Virus record (IMG/VR): IMGVR_UViG_3300045988_131345
Span: 1 to 13,437 of that record
Reading direction: 5' to 3' (one strand)
From: a virus
Length of the DNA stretch: 13,437 nt
Both the position numbers and the translations under genes were made by a program. The stretch's first letter is position 1. Every line of letters begins with the position of its first letter. Shown here one piece after another: positions 6,868 to 13,437 of this stretch. The notes beneath the pieces are model-generated. The model had not been told where the DNA came from, did not search any database, and saw nothing but the letters and a program-made list of their open reading frames with translations.

Positions 6868-7208
6868 TAAACGCAGGGTTTACGAAAGAGGAGATTATGC
6901 AGTTGGCTAGTCCAGCACAGCCACAGGTTCAGACACAGGTTCAGACACCAACACTGGTTCAGCCACAGGTTCAGCCACAGGTTCAGACACCAACACTGGT
7001 TCAGCCACAGGTTCAGCCACAGGTTCAGACACAGGTTCAGCCACAAGTTCAGATGCAGATGGCGCCGAATGTGGACTATAAAATGCTTTATGAAACACAG
7101 AAACAGATGCTTGCCGATATGCAGTCTTTAAATCAGAGAATGAATGTTGGTGCACCGATTGACACCGTGGAGAGCGTCATGAAGGATTTTCTTGGGGGTG
7201 AAAAATAA
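6840..7208 (+). CDS. Repeat-containing protein (122 aa); putative scaffolding protein
   Basis: Strong SD AAGGAGG lies 9 nt before ATG 6840. The gene sits directly upstream of the capsid gene, with a TAATG overlap at 7206-7210. A short helical N-terminus and a helical C-terminus flank a (P/T)QVQ array. The function is assigned by position, as for phi29 gene 7. Confidence 0.85.
   Translation: MQTSDIVKLVNAGFTKEEIMQLASPAQPQVQTQVQTPTLVQPQVQPQVQTPTLVQPQVQPQVQTQVQPQVQMQMAPNVDYKMLYETQKQMLADMQSLNQRMNVGAPIDTVESVMKDFLGGEK
6912..7052 (+). repeat. In-frame tandem repeat array (12-nt unit, with an exact 42-nt higher-order duplication)
   Basis: Units of (C/A)CACAGGTTCAG fall at 6921, 6933, 6963, 6975, 7005, 7017, 7029 and 7041. 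ACACCAACACTGGTTCAG occurs at 6945 and 6987. Segments 6945-6986 and 6987-7028 are identical. Confidence 0.95.
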
Positions 7209-8386
7209 TGCCGGCTAATGAATTAAGTATCAATCAGGTCAGTACAATTTTAAATGCAGTGGTTAAGCAGGCAACAGGAAACACAGCTTTAGCAACAGTA
7301 GACGGAAATAATTTTGCAACAGTGGCACAGTTACCATTGAAAATTGGATATGACCCTGTTATTAACGCTATTTCTCAGGTTCTGTCATCTACAATCTTTT
7401 CTGTCAGACCGTATTCAAGGAAATTTTCTGGTATCAATGTTAGCGAGCAGAAGTTTGGAAACATTACTAGAAAGTTGAACATTTCTGACAGTGAATGGTC
7501 TGATGACGACAGAATAGAGTTAGAGGATGGTAAAAGTGTTGACATGTATCCAGTCAAGAAACCGTCTGTGTTACAGACTAATTTTTACGGTGCTAATGCC
7601 TATCAGAGAATGACAACTATTTTTAAAGACCAGTTAGACGTTGCCTTTTCCTCACAGGAAGAATTTGGACGATTTATCTCCATGCTGATGACCAATGTTT
7701 CCGATATGATTGAGCAGGGGCATGAAAGTATGGCAAGAATGTGTATTCTTAACTACGTTGGTGGAAAGCTTGCTAGTGCAGATGAAGCAAATAACCGTAT
7801 TCATTTGCTTACAGAATACAATGCGCTTACAGGTTTGACTTTAGATGATAAAGACGTATATAAACCAGATAATTTTCCGTCATTCATGAAGTTTGTTGTT
7901 GCTAGAATTAAATCGATTTCCAACCTTATGACCGAAAGAAGTGAAAAGTTTCACACTAACGTTACTGGAAAAGAGATTATGCGCCATACACCACTTTCAA
8001 AGCAGAAATTGTATCTGCTTGCTCCACAGCAGTATTTAATGGAAACGTCCGTGCTGTCAGATTTATTTAATGATAAATACATGAAAATGACTGACTTAGA
8101 GTTAGTGAATTTTTGGCAGAATATCGATAAACCATCTAATATTGATATTAAGCCAATTTATATGGATAAGACTGGAAGTTTAAAACAGCCTACTGATACA
8201 ATCAAAGAGCCTCACCTTTTCGGTGTAATTTTTGATGAAGAAGCTCTGGGTTATACTACTGTAAACAGGTGGTCTGCACCTACACCTTTTAATGCAAGAG
8301 GGGGTTATCATAATATCTTCTGGCACTATACAGATAGATACTGGAATGACTTTACAGAAAATGGTGTTGTTCTACTGTTAGATTAA
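7208..8386 (+). CDS. Major capsid protein, phi29 gp8-like (392 aa)
   Basis: Placement by position (after the scaffold candidate, before the tail knob) and size. Two blocks resemble my recollection of phi29 gp8: ILNAVVKQATGN...FATVAQ and KDQLDVAFSSQEEFGRFISML. A hairpin follows the stop codon. Confidence 0.85.
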   Translation: MPANELSINQVSTILNAVVKQATGNTALATVDGNNFATVAQLPLKIGYDPVINAISQVLSSTIFSVRPYSRKFSGINVSEQKFGNITRKLNISDSEWSDDDRIELEDGKSVDMYPVKKPSVLQTNFYGANAYQRMTTIFKDQLDVAFSSQEEFGRFISMLMTNVSDMIEQGHESMARMCILNYVGGKLASADEANNRIHLLTEYNALTGLTLDDKDVYKPDNFPSFMKFVVARIKSISNLMTERSEKFHTNVTGKEIMRHTPLSKQKLYLLAPQQYLMETSVLSDLFNDKYMKMTDLELVNFWQNIDKPSNIDIKPIYMDKTGSLKQPTDTIKEPHLFGVIFDEEALGYTTVNRWSAPTPFNARGGYHNIFWHYTDRYWNDFTENGVVLLLD

Positions 8387-8400
8387 CAAGATAGGGGGTA

Positions 8401-8420
8401 AAGGGGACGTTAGTCCCCTT
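8401..8420 (+). other. GC-rich hairpin after the capsid gene, without a U-tract
   Basis: AAGGGGAC (8401-8408), loop GTTA, GTCCCCTT (8413-8420). It is followed by GAAATC, so it is not a canonical intrinsic terminator. Confidence 0.6.
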
Positions 8421-8429
8421 GAAATCTAG

Positions 8430-9794
8430 ATGGAAGTAATTTTTTATAAATTCAGTAAAAGAAAAAATAGTACGAAACAGGCTTCTAGAGGACTTTCTTA
8501 CAGGCACGGCACTTTAAAGGAGTTTTGTAGTATTACAAAGCCTATAATTCTTGTAGACATGGGGAAAATTCCAGATTACAATTATGCTTATATTACAGAA
8601 TTTAAAAGATATTACTATATTACTAATGTAGTAGTAGAAAGCGGTACAATGTGCAGAATTTACATGACTGTGGATGTATTGGCAAGTTACAAAGATGATA
8701 TCTTAAATGCGGATGTGTTTGTACAGCGTTGGAGCCGTTCGGAAGTCATTGACTTAGTGGATGGAGAATGTATCGCAAAAGCAAACCCTAAAATTATGAT
8801 AGAAACAGGTCGTATGCCACTCGATACGAAAGGGATTTTTGTTTTAGGAATAGCTGGAAAGAATGGAGAAGAAGCAATAACTTACTTTGACTTGTCTCTA
8901 GGACAGATGGAACGTTTTAATTATTTTATGTTTACGGAAGAAACTTTTGCGAGCGTAATATCCGAAGACGTAGTTAAATCATTTTTTAATCCCTTTGAAT
9001 ATGTAACATCTGCAATGTGGTTTCCATTTCCACATAGTCTGCAAGAAGCAAAGAAAATTGACTTCGGATGGTTCGAAAGCGAAGAAATGAAAGGTGTTCC
9101 GTTAAAAGGAAACTCTCTTACAAGTGGAGAACTTTGGATTAGAATTCCTAAAATGTACCCTAACGGAGATTTCAGAAATGGGACTTTTGGGCAATATGAA
9201 ATATACATTCCTTTCTTTGGCTCTATACCTCTGGACAGTAACATCATAAACAGTGCGGATGTTATTTCATATAAATTTGTTGTCGATATTGCAACAGGAA
9301 AAGCGCAATGCCAACTCGGATATGGTGATGAAAGCATAATAGAAAGTGGAAGTGGTACAGTGTTTAAAAGAATAGAGGGGCAAATGGGATGCCCTGTCGC
9401 TCTTGCACAAAGTAAAACAGATATTATAAATAGTGCTTTTAGTGGTGTTGGTAGTCTTGCAAGTGCACGTCCGTCCGCTGGTGGTGTTGTAAACGCTGTG
9501 CATGGGGTTTACAGTGCAGTACAGAACGCAATGCCTAAAATGGAAACAAAAAGCGGAAATGGTTGTAGAAGCATTATGGATTTTGAAAAGGACGTAAAAC
9601 TGACTGCCACATTTTATCGAGCTAATGTATTAAATCCAGAAGATAGGGGGTATATACACTGTAAAAGACAAACTCTCGGTAGTCTCGGCGGTGGTTTTGC
9701 TATTTGCGATAATGCAAGCATTTCGTTATCTGCAACGGAAGAAGAAATTACAGAAGTTAATAACTATGTGAATGGGGGAATTTATATTGAGTAA
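8430..9794 (+). CDS. Tail knob / distal tail protein, phi29 gp9-like (454 aa)
   Basis: Only possible start is ATG 8430, because an in-frame TAG lies at 8427. The N-terminal block YAYITEFKRYYYITNVV...MTVDVLASY parallels phi29 gp9 (YAFVTELEF...FEIDVLQTW), and the C-terminal LSATEEEITEVNNYVNGGIY parallels gp9 (NNNDLQEIRTIFDNGITLW). Both gp9 sequences are from memory. The gene sits between capsid and portal, as in phi29. Confidence 0.85.
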   Translation: MEVIFYKFSKRKNSTKQASRGLSYRHGTLKEFCSITKPIILVDMGKIPDYNYAYITEFKRYYYITNVVVESGTMCRIYMTVDVLASYKDDILNADVFVQRWSRSEVIDLVDGECIAKANPKIMIETGRMPLDTKGIFVLGIAGKNGEEAITYFDLSLGQMERFNYFMFTEETFASVISEDVVKSFFNPFEYVTSAMWFPFPHSLQEAKKIDFGWFESEEMKGVPLKGNSLTSGELWIRIPKMYPNGDFRNGTFGQYEIYIPFFGSIPLDSNIINSADVISYKFVVDIATGKAQCQLGYGDESIIESGSGTVFKRIEGQMGCPVALAQSKTDIINSAFSGVGSLASARPSAGGVVNAVHGVYSAVQNAMPKMETKSGNGCRSIMDFEKDVKLTATFYRANVLNPEDRGYIHCKRQTLGSLGGGFAICDNASISLSATEEEITEVNNYVNGGIYIE

Positions 9795-10677
9795 TTATCC
9801 TGTGGACTTTGATGGAGTAGCACGTTACAACACTAAAGTAACCCCTAGTACTGTGCATACATGGGGGACTTACAATGTAGAATTTTATAAGAGATATTTG
9901 CTTACTAAAGCAATGTCAGTTTTTGAATGGACTGTACCGAAAGAATGGTCGTTAGATTATTTTAAAAATTGTATATATGTAAACGGTAAAATATGTGTGA
10001 TAAATACAAATCGTTTTGGAGTAATCCCACAAATGTTTACGCCAGCAGGATATGACATCTATTATGAGCCTAACACAGCATACATTGCTAGCCCAATTTT
10101 AGGAGAGTACACACTGGAAATAGGTAAACAATGTGAAGTGATAAAGCTAAAAAGAGATTGGTGTGGAATTATGGATATTATTAACAATTATGCAGAATTG
10201 CTTGCCGAATGTGATAAGTCTATCGGTGTCAATCTTTTAAATACGAAAGTTGCTTTTACTTTTGCGGTAAACAGTAAAACAGAAGCCGAAAAAATGAAGA
10301 AAATCTATGACCAAATTACTTCTGGAAATCCGGCTGTATTTTACAAAGACGGCGGGGAAAAGTGGGATTACTTTAGTCAGAATTTAAAGCAAAATTACAT
10401 TGTACAAGATTTAATTATTGCTAAAAAGTCCATTATGGACGAGTTTAATACTCTTGTTGGTATTCCAAACGCAAACACGGAAAAGAGAGAAAGACTGGTC
10501 AAGGATGAAGTTAATGCAAACAATGCGGACACGTATTCGCTGGCTGAGGAATGGCTAGAAGAATTAAAAATCGGATGTGAAAAGGTTAATAGAATGTTTG
10601 GACTTAACTTGTCTGTTAAATTTAGGGAATGGGTGAAGCAGAATGGCGAAAATAACACTGTGGGGAATTTTGAATAA
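9772..10677 (+). CDS. Portal / upper collar connector, phi29 gp10-like (301 aa)
   Basis: FNTLVGIPNANTEKRERLVKDEVNANN...CEKVNRMFGLNLSVKFR closely parallels phi29 gp10 ([23 protein letters not shown]...CEKINELYGLNVKVKFR), and VFEWTVP parallels LFEWENLP. The start is uncertain: ATG 9772 has no SD, whereas in-frame TTG 9787 follows GGGGG (9774-9778). Confidence 0.93.
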   Translation: MGEFILSNYPVDFDGVARYNTKVTPSTVHTWGTYNVEFYKRYLLTKAMSVFEWTVPKEWSLDYFKNCIYVNGKICVINTNRFGVIPQMFTPAGYDIYYEPNTAYIASPILGEYTLEIGKQCEVIKLKRDWCGIMDIINNYAELLAECDKSIGVNLLNTKVAFTFAVNSKTEAEKMKKIYDQITSGNPAVFYKDGGEKWDYFSQNLKQNYIVQDLIIAKKSIMDEFNTLVGIPNANTEKRERLVKDEVNANNADTYSLAEEWLEELKIGCEKVNRMFGLNLSVKFREWVKQNGENNTVGNFE

Positions 10678-11212
10678 TTACCCCGAAATTATTAAAGGTG
10701 TGGAACTGCCGAACAACGTGGATTACGAAACGTTGTTGGAAGTTATAATATTTAAAGCAGGGGAAAATGAGGTCATGTACCCAAACCCTGTTTTCATGGA
10801 AATAGCAGTTCGTGCATGGTTTAGAGCGAAAAAGTACGAGTTTGATAAACTTGCAGAAACTTTGGATTTAGAATACAATCCGATTGAAAATTACGACAGA
10901 AAAGAAGAATGGACGGATAGAACAGAAAGTACAAGTAATTCCAGTACGAAAGGAAATGGAACAAGTATGGAAAGTAAATATGCGTTCGACAGCACGAGCT
11001 TTAATCCGTACACACGTACAGAAAACACGAACAATGATACTGATACTGTGCAGGGGAACGGGGAAACGGTGCACAGTGGAAAAATTCACGGGAATATTGG
11101 AGTTACAACGTCACAGCAGATGATACAATCTGAAAGAGAAGTTGCTAACTTTGATATATATGACTATATCGCAAATAAATTTGAAGACGCTTTTACGCTT
11201 GCGGTTTATTAA
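10643..11212 (+). CDS. Putative lower collar / head-tail adaptor protein (189 aa)
   Basis: Position directly after the portal gene, as for phi29 gene 11. Helical N-terminal and C-terminal parts flank a Ser/Thr/Asn-rich insertion. It overlaps the portal gene by 35 nt. Confidence 0.8.
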   Translation: MAKITLWGILNNYPEIIKGVELPNNVDYETLLEVIIFKAGENEVMYPNPVFMEIAVRAWFRAKKYEFDKLAETLDLEYNPIENYDRKEEWTDRTESTSNSSTKGNGTSMESKYAFDSTSFNPYTRTENTNNDTDTVQGNGETVHSGKIHGNIGVTTSQQMIQSEREVANFDIYDYIANKFEDAFTLAVY

Positions 11213-11228
11213 GAAAGGAGAAATAATT

Positions 11229-12815
11229 ATGAGTTTTGAAGTGTTTCCGTATACTAATTTTCATGAAATGAATTTGGATTGGTTAATTGAAAAAATGAAA
11301 GAGTTAGTAAAAGAATGGATGGACGTAGGCAAAAAGTGGGAAGAGATTAGAGAACTAATTGAAAACTTCTTAGACCACGTAGCAGTAGACATTTCCGAAG
11401 AAGTCAAGAAACAGTTAAAAGTGATGCTGGATAACGGAGAGTTAGAAGCAATTATCACAAGTTCCTTGGGAATTGTGACAAGCGTAGATACTTGCGTAGA
11501 ACTTAAGAAATCTACGAAATATAAGGTAGGGCAGGTTATTGTTACAAGGGGGTATCACAAAATCGGTGACAATGGCGGTGCAACTTATTACTTGTCAGAC
11601 ACTGCTTTTGAGGACACGGGGGTTTTCGAAAAAACAGCAAACGGATTATTTGCAAATATGCTGTACAATGATGTAATTTCCGTTGAACAGTTAGGTGTCG
11701 TTAGCAATGCTACTGGTGATTACACTACAAAACCTGCTAATAATGCGGTAGTTTTTAATAATGCCCTGACGCTTTGCAAAAGCAATTCTACAAGAAAACA
11801 CAAATTTAAACTTGTAGGTTACGGAAATTATTATGTAGAAACATCTTTGGATTTCGGCGGAACGAATGAAGCGAAAGTTTCAGACAGTGATTTCAAAACA
11901 GACTTTTCTGGTTCAACGATTTTCACAGATAAAAGCTTAGACGCTCTTATTTCTATTAAAAACGCTCAAGAAATTATTTATAGTTTTGGGTATATCAATG
12001 CAGAAACTTGTAATTACGGGATTAAAATTACCTCTTTGGAGCGCTATGACTGGACACAGTATGTTACTTTACAATGTTTAGATGTAAGAGCTTCAACAAA
12101 GTCCTTATATGTCAGTAACAATAATAAGGGCGGTTGGGTGAATGAATTACATGTTATCGGTGGCTTATATCCAAATGGAATATTTATAGATTGCCCGAAT
12201 CGAGTGGATGAAGTTTTTGTAACTAATATGCTCTCTGGTTTTTATTTTACGGACGTGTCCTGTGAAGGTGCTGATACGTGGTTTACGTTAAAAAATGTTG
12301 TTTACACATATATAAATAACGCGAGAACAGCAGACGTTAGTGACAAATGGCTTGAAACACAGCAAAATTGCAGTAACATTTATTTAACAGGTTCTTTTAG
12401 AACAGACCAATTAACAATATCACAGGAAACATACAATATCAACATAAGGGGCTCTTTAAATGTTCCTGATAACTTCACAATAAAAAATCCTATTTATATT
12501 AAAGGTGGGTGGGTTACAGATTTTCTACCGATTGCTTCATCACAAGGAAATGGGCGTGGCTTCATTAGAAATAATGATGTATCTCCTACAATTATTCAAT
12601 TTAAAGGAGATTGTTCAAAACTTATTCTACCGAAAGAATATTCAGACTATCTGGGTATAAATAAGTTTGAAGCATACTTCGATAGCAACTGCACGGGTAT
12701 CGTAAAAGACTCATATAAAGTAACAGTTGTTAATACAGAAAGTTATAGAGGTAGATATGCTACTATATACTATGTCGGAAATGCTTGGTGGATTAACTCA
12801 CCATCAAATAATTAA
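11229..12815 (+). CDS. Tail appendage / receptor-binding protein (528 aa)
   Basis: ATG 11229 lies 8 nt after AAAGGAG (11214-11220). The ORF-track start at 11142 lies inside the previous gene and has no SD. The N-terminus (FHEMNLDWLIEKMKEL) is coiled-coil-like and is followed by a long beta-rich region. It is the last gene of the structural block, like phi29 gene 12, but I recognise no sequence similarity to gp12. Confidence 0.88.
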   Translation: MSFEVFPYTNFHEMNLDWLIEKMKELVKEWMDVGKKWEEIRELIENFLDHVAVDISEEVKKQLKVMLDNGELEAIITSSLGIVTSVDTCVELKKSTKYKVGQVIVTRGYHKIGDNGGATYYLSDTAFEDTGVFEKTANGLFANMLYNDVISVEQLGVVSNATGDYTTKPANNAVVFNNALTLCKSNSTRKHKFKLVGYGNYYVETSLDFGGTNEAKVSDSDFKTDFSGSTIFTDKSLDALISIKNAQEIIYSFGYINAETCNYGIKITSLERYDWTQYVTLQCLDVRASTKSLYVSNNNKGGWVNELHVIGGLYPNGIFIDCPNRVDEVFVTNMLSGFYFTDVSCEGADTWFTLKNVVYTYINNARTADVSDKWLETQQNCSNIYLTGSFRTDQLTISQETYNINIRGSLNVPDNFTIKNPIYIKGGWVTDFLPIASSQGNGRGFIRNNDVSPTIIQFKGDCSKLILPKEYSDYLGINKFEAYFDSNCTGIVKDSYKVTVVNTESYRGRYATIYYVGNAWWINSPSNN

Positions 12816-12834
12816 GAGGGCTTACAGCCCTCTT
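12814..12834. terminator. Bidirectional hairpin terminator between convergent genes
   Basis: AAGAGGGCT (12814-12822), loop TAC, AGCCCTCTT (12826-12834): a perfect 9-bp stem. It overlaps the TAA of the + strand gene (12813-12815) and the TAA of the - strand gene (12834-12836). T/A-rich runs flank it on both strands. Confidence 0.7.
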
Positions 12835-13034
12835 TAATTGTATTCTATTTTAAATATTCCTAAAGCCCTTAACTCTTCATTATCAAATTGCCAATGTATA
12901 AGCCTGTTCTTTAGTGCCCTATACCCTCGTTCATTTATGTATGCAATCCTTGTTTTTCTGTCGATTGTTACAAATACAGTAGCGTATTTCTTATTTATCG
13001 TGCTTTTCGCCGTCAACATTGTTTGCAATCTCAT
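12834..13034 (-). CDS. Hypothetical right-end early protein (66 aa)
   Basis: ATG 13034 lies 8 nt after a strong SD GGAGGAG (13043-13049 on the - strand). It ends at the shared terminator. The protein is basic, with no recognisable motif. Confidence 0.7.
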   Translation of the reverse strand: MRLQTMLTAKSTINKKYATVFVTIDRKTRIAYINERGYRALKNRLIHWQFDNEELRALGIFKIEYN

Positions 13035-13085
13035 TTTTTGTACTCCTCCAATTTACGCAATAGATGATAATTTTCAATATATAAA

Positions 13086-13208
13086 TCATTTATTTTTTTT
13101 TGTTGATGTGCAGATAGCGTACACATAATCGCAATAACGTATTTCTTCTAACAATTCCCTACTAATTATAGCACCGTCAAATTTCATTACTTCTTTCTGT
13201 TTAAACAT
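13086..13208 (-). CDS. Small hypothetical protein (40 aa), first gene inside the right ITR; possibly truncated at an A9 tract
   Basis: Not in the ORF track because it is too short. ATG 13208 lies 9 nt after the ITR-borne GAGAGG (13218-13223). My hand translation is MFKQKEVMKFDGAIISRELLEEIRYCDYVYAICTSTKKNK, with the stop at 13086-13088. Confidence 0.45.
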   Translation of the reverse strand: MFKQKEVMKFDGAIISRELLEEIRYCDYVYAICTSTKKNK

Positions 13209-13214
13209 CTTATC

Positions 13215-13437
13215 TTACCTCTCTTTCATTTGATAAGTCTATTATAGCATAGTCTCTATAAAAAGCAATAGATTTTTCAAATTTATAAAAGTCGTAATAT
13301 TCAGACAAATCTACGTTATTGTACTTCAACGCACTTGTATCACTTTAAAGTATTAAAGTGTGCTTTATTATTTTATCACGTTAAAGCGTTAATGCGTTAA
13401 TAGGGGAATACGTTAATGCGGTATAGTGATAAAATAA
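13215..13437. repeat. Right inverted terminal repeat (223 bp)
   Basis: Perfect reverse complement of 1-223, ending at the last base of the window. Confidence 0.97.
13241..13268 (-). promoter_or_regulatory. Identical ITR promoter at the right end, firing inward on the - strand
   Basis: Mirror image of 170-197. It is followed on the - strand by the same GAGAGG (13218-13223) and a different ATG (13208). Confidence 0.55.

Noticed and set aside
6912-7052. Possible CRISPR-like array, because of regularly spaced short repeats
   Set aside because: The units are only 12 nt and directly abutting, with no spacers. They are in frame within a gene that has a strong SD and encode a (P/T)QVQ peptide repeat.
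6864-7155. Two - strand ORFs (6864-7046 and 6907-7155) with striking internal repeats
   Set aside because: They are the antisense reading of the 12-nt tandem array in the 6840-7208 gene. The repeats keep the frames open by construction.
11142-11228. Upstream start (11142) for the tail appendage ORF, giving 557 aa
   Set aside because: That start lies inside the preceding gene and has no SD. ATG 11229 has a consensus AAAGGAG 8 nt upstream and begins right after the previous stop codon.
1385-11458. Antisense or off-frame ORFs inside larger genes (1385-1642, 1728-1958, 2206-2463, 4026-4328, 5193-5417, 5257-5460, 5272-5463, 7375-7557, 8921-9337, 9267-9503, 10395-10658, 10868-11089, 10884-11123, 11261-11458)
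   Set aside because: All lie wholly within genes that have strong motif or synteny support. They lack SD sequences, and their products are low-complexity or hydrophobic, as is typical of shadow frames in AT-rich DNA.
12838-13128. 96-aa + strand ORF at the right end
   Set aside because: It lies antisense to two - strand ORFs that have SDs and an ITR promoter. It has no SD of its own and starts inside the terminator flank. Its product is a Leu/Phe/Ile-rich shadow-frame sequence.
1-13437. Alternative readings of an ITR-flanked PolB element: transposon or casposon-like element, linear plasmid, or integrated prophage
   Set aside because: No transposase, Cas1 or integrase is present, and there is no flanking host sequence or target-site duplication because the repeats are the window ends. 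A full virion and lysis gene set is present, which fits a free linear phage genome.

Overview
The window appears to be a complete linear genome of a very small, AT-rich, phi29-like (Picovirinae-type) podophage. Its two ends are a perfect 223-bp inverted terminal repeat (1-223 = reverse complement of 13215-13437). Between the repeats lie about 17 tightly packed genes. On the + strand these are: two small orphan early genes; a candidate terminal protein; a protein-primed family-B DNA polymerase with all exonuclease and polymerase motifs readable; a small acidic protein that may be an SSB; a phi29 gp16-like packaging ATPase; a 133-nt structured intergenic region; a lysis block (YvrJ-like holin candidate, GH25 endolysin, lysozyme-like plus NlpC/P60 tail lysin); and a morphogenesis block syntenic with phi29 genes 7-12 (repeat-containing scaffold candidate, major capsid, tail knob, portal, lower collar, tail appendage). 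Two small genes at the right end are read inward on the - strand and converge on a shared hairpin terminator. No integrase, repressor, tRNA or CRISPR array is visible. Points worth a second look: (1) the long ITR has internal substructure and carries a promoter plus Shine-Dalgarno that serves different first genes at the two ends; (2) a promoter-like site, three-way-junction fold and U-tract sit directly after the packaging ATPase; (3) the scaffold candidate contains an exact 42-nt tandem duplication inside a 12-nt repeat array; (4) a hairpin separates an orphan SD from the tail-knob start codon; (5) an A9 tract in the right-end gene would restore a translationally coupled longer ORF if one A were lost. 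All homology statements rest on motifs read by eye and on phi29 protein sequences recalled from memory, so they need alignment-based confirmation.
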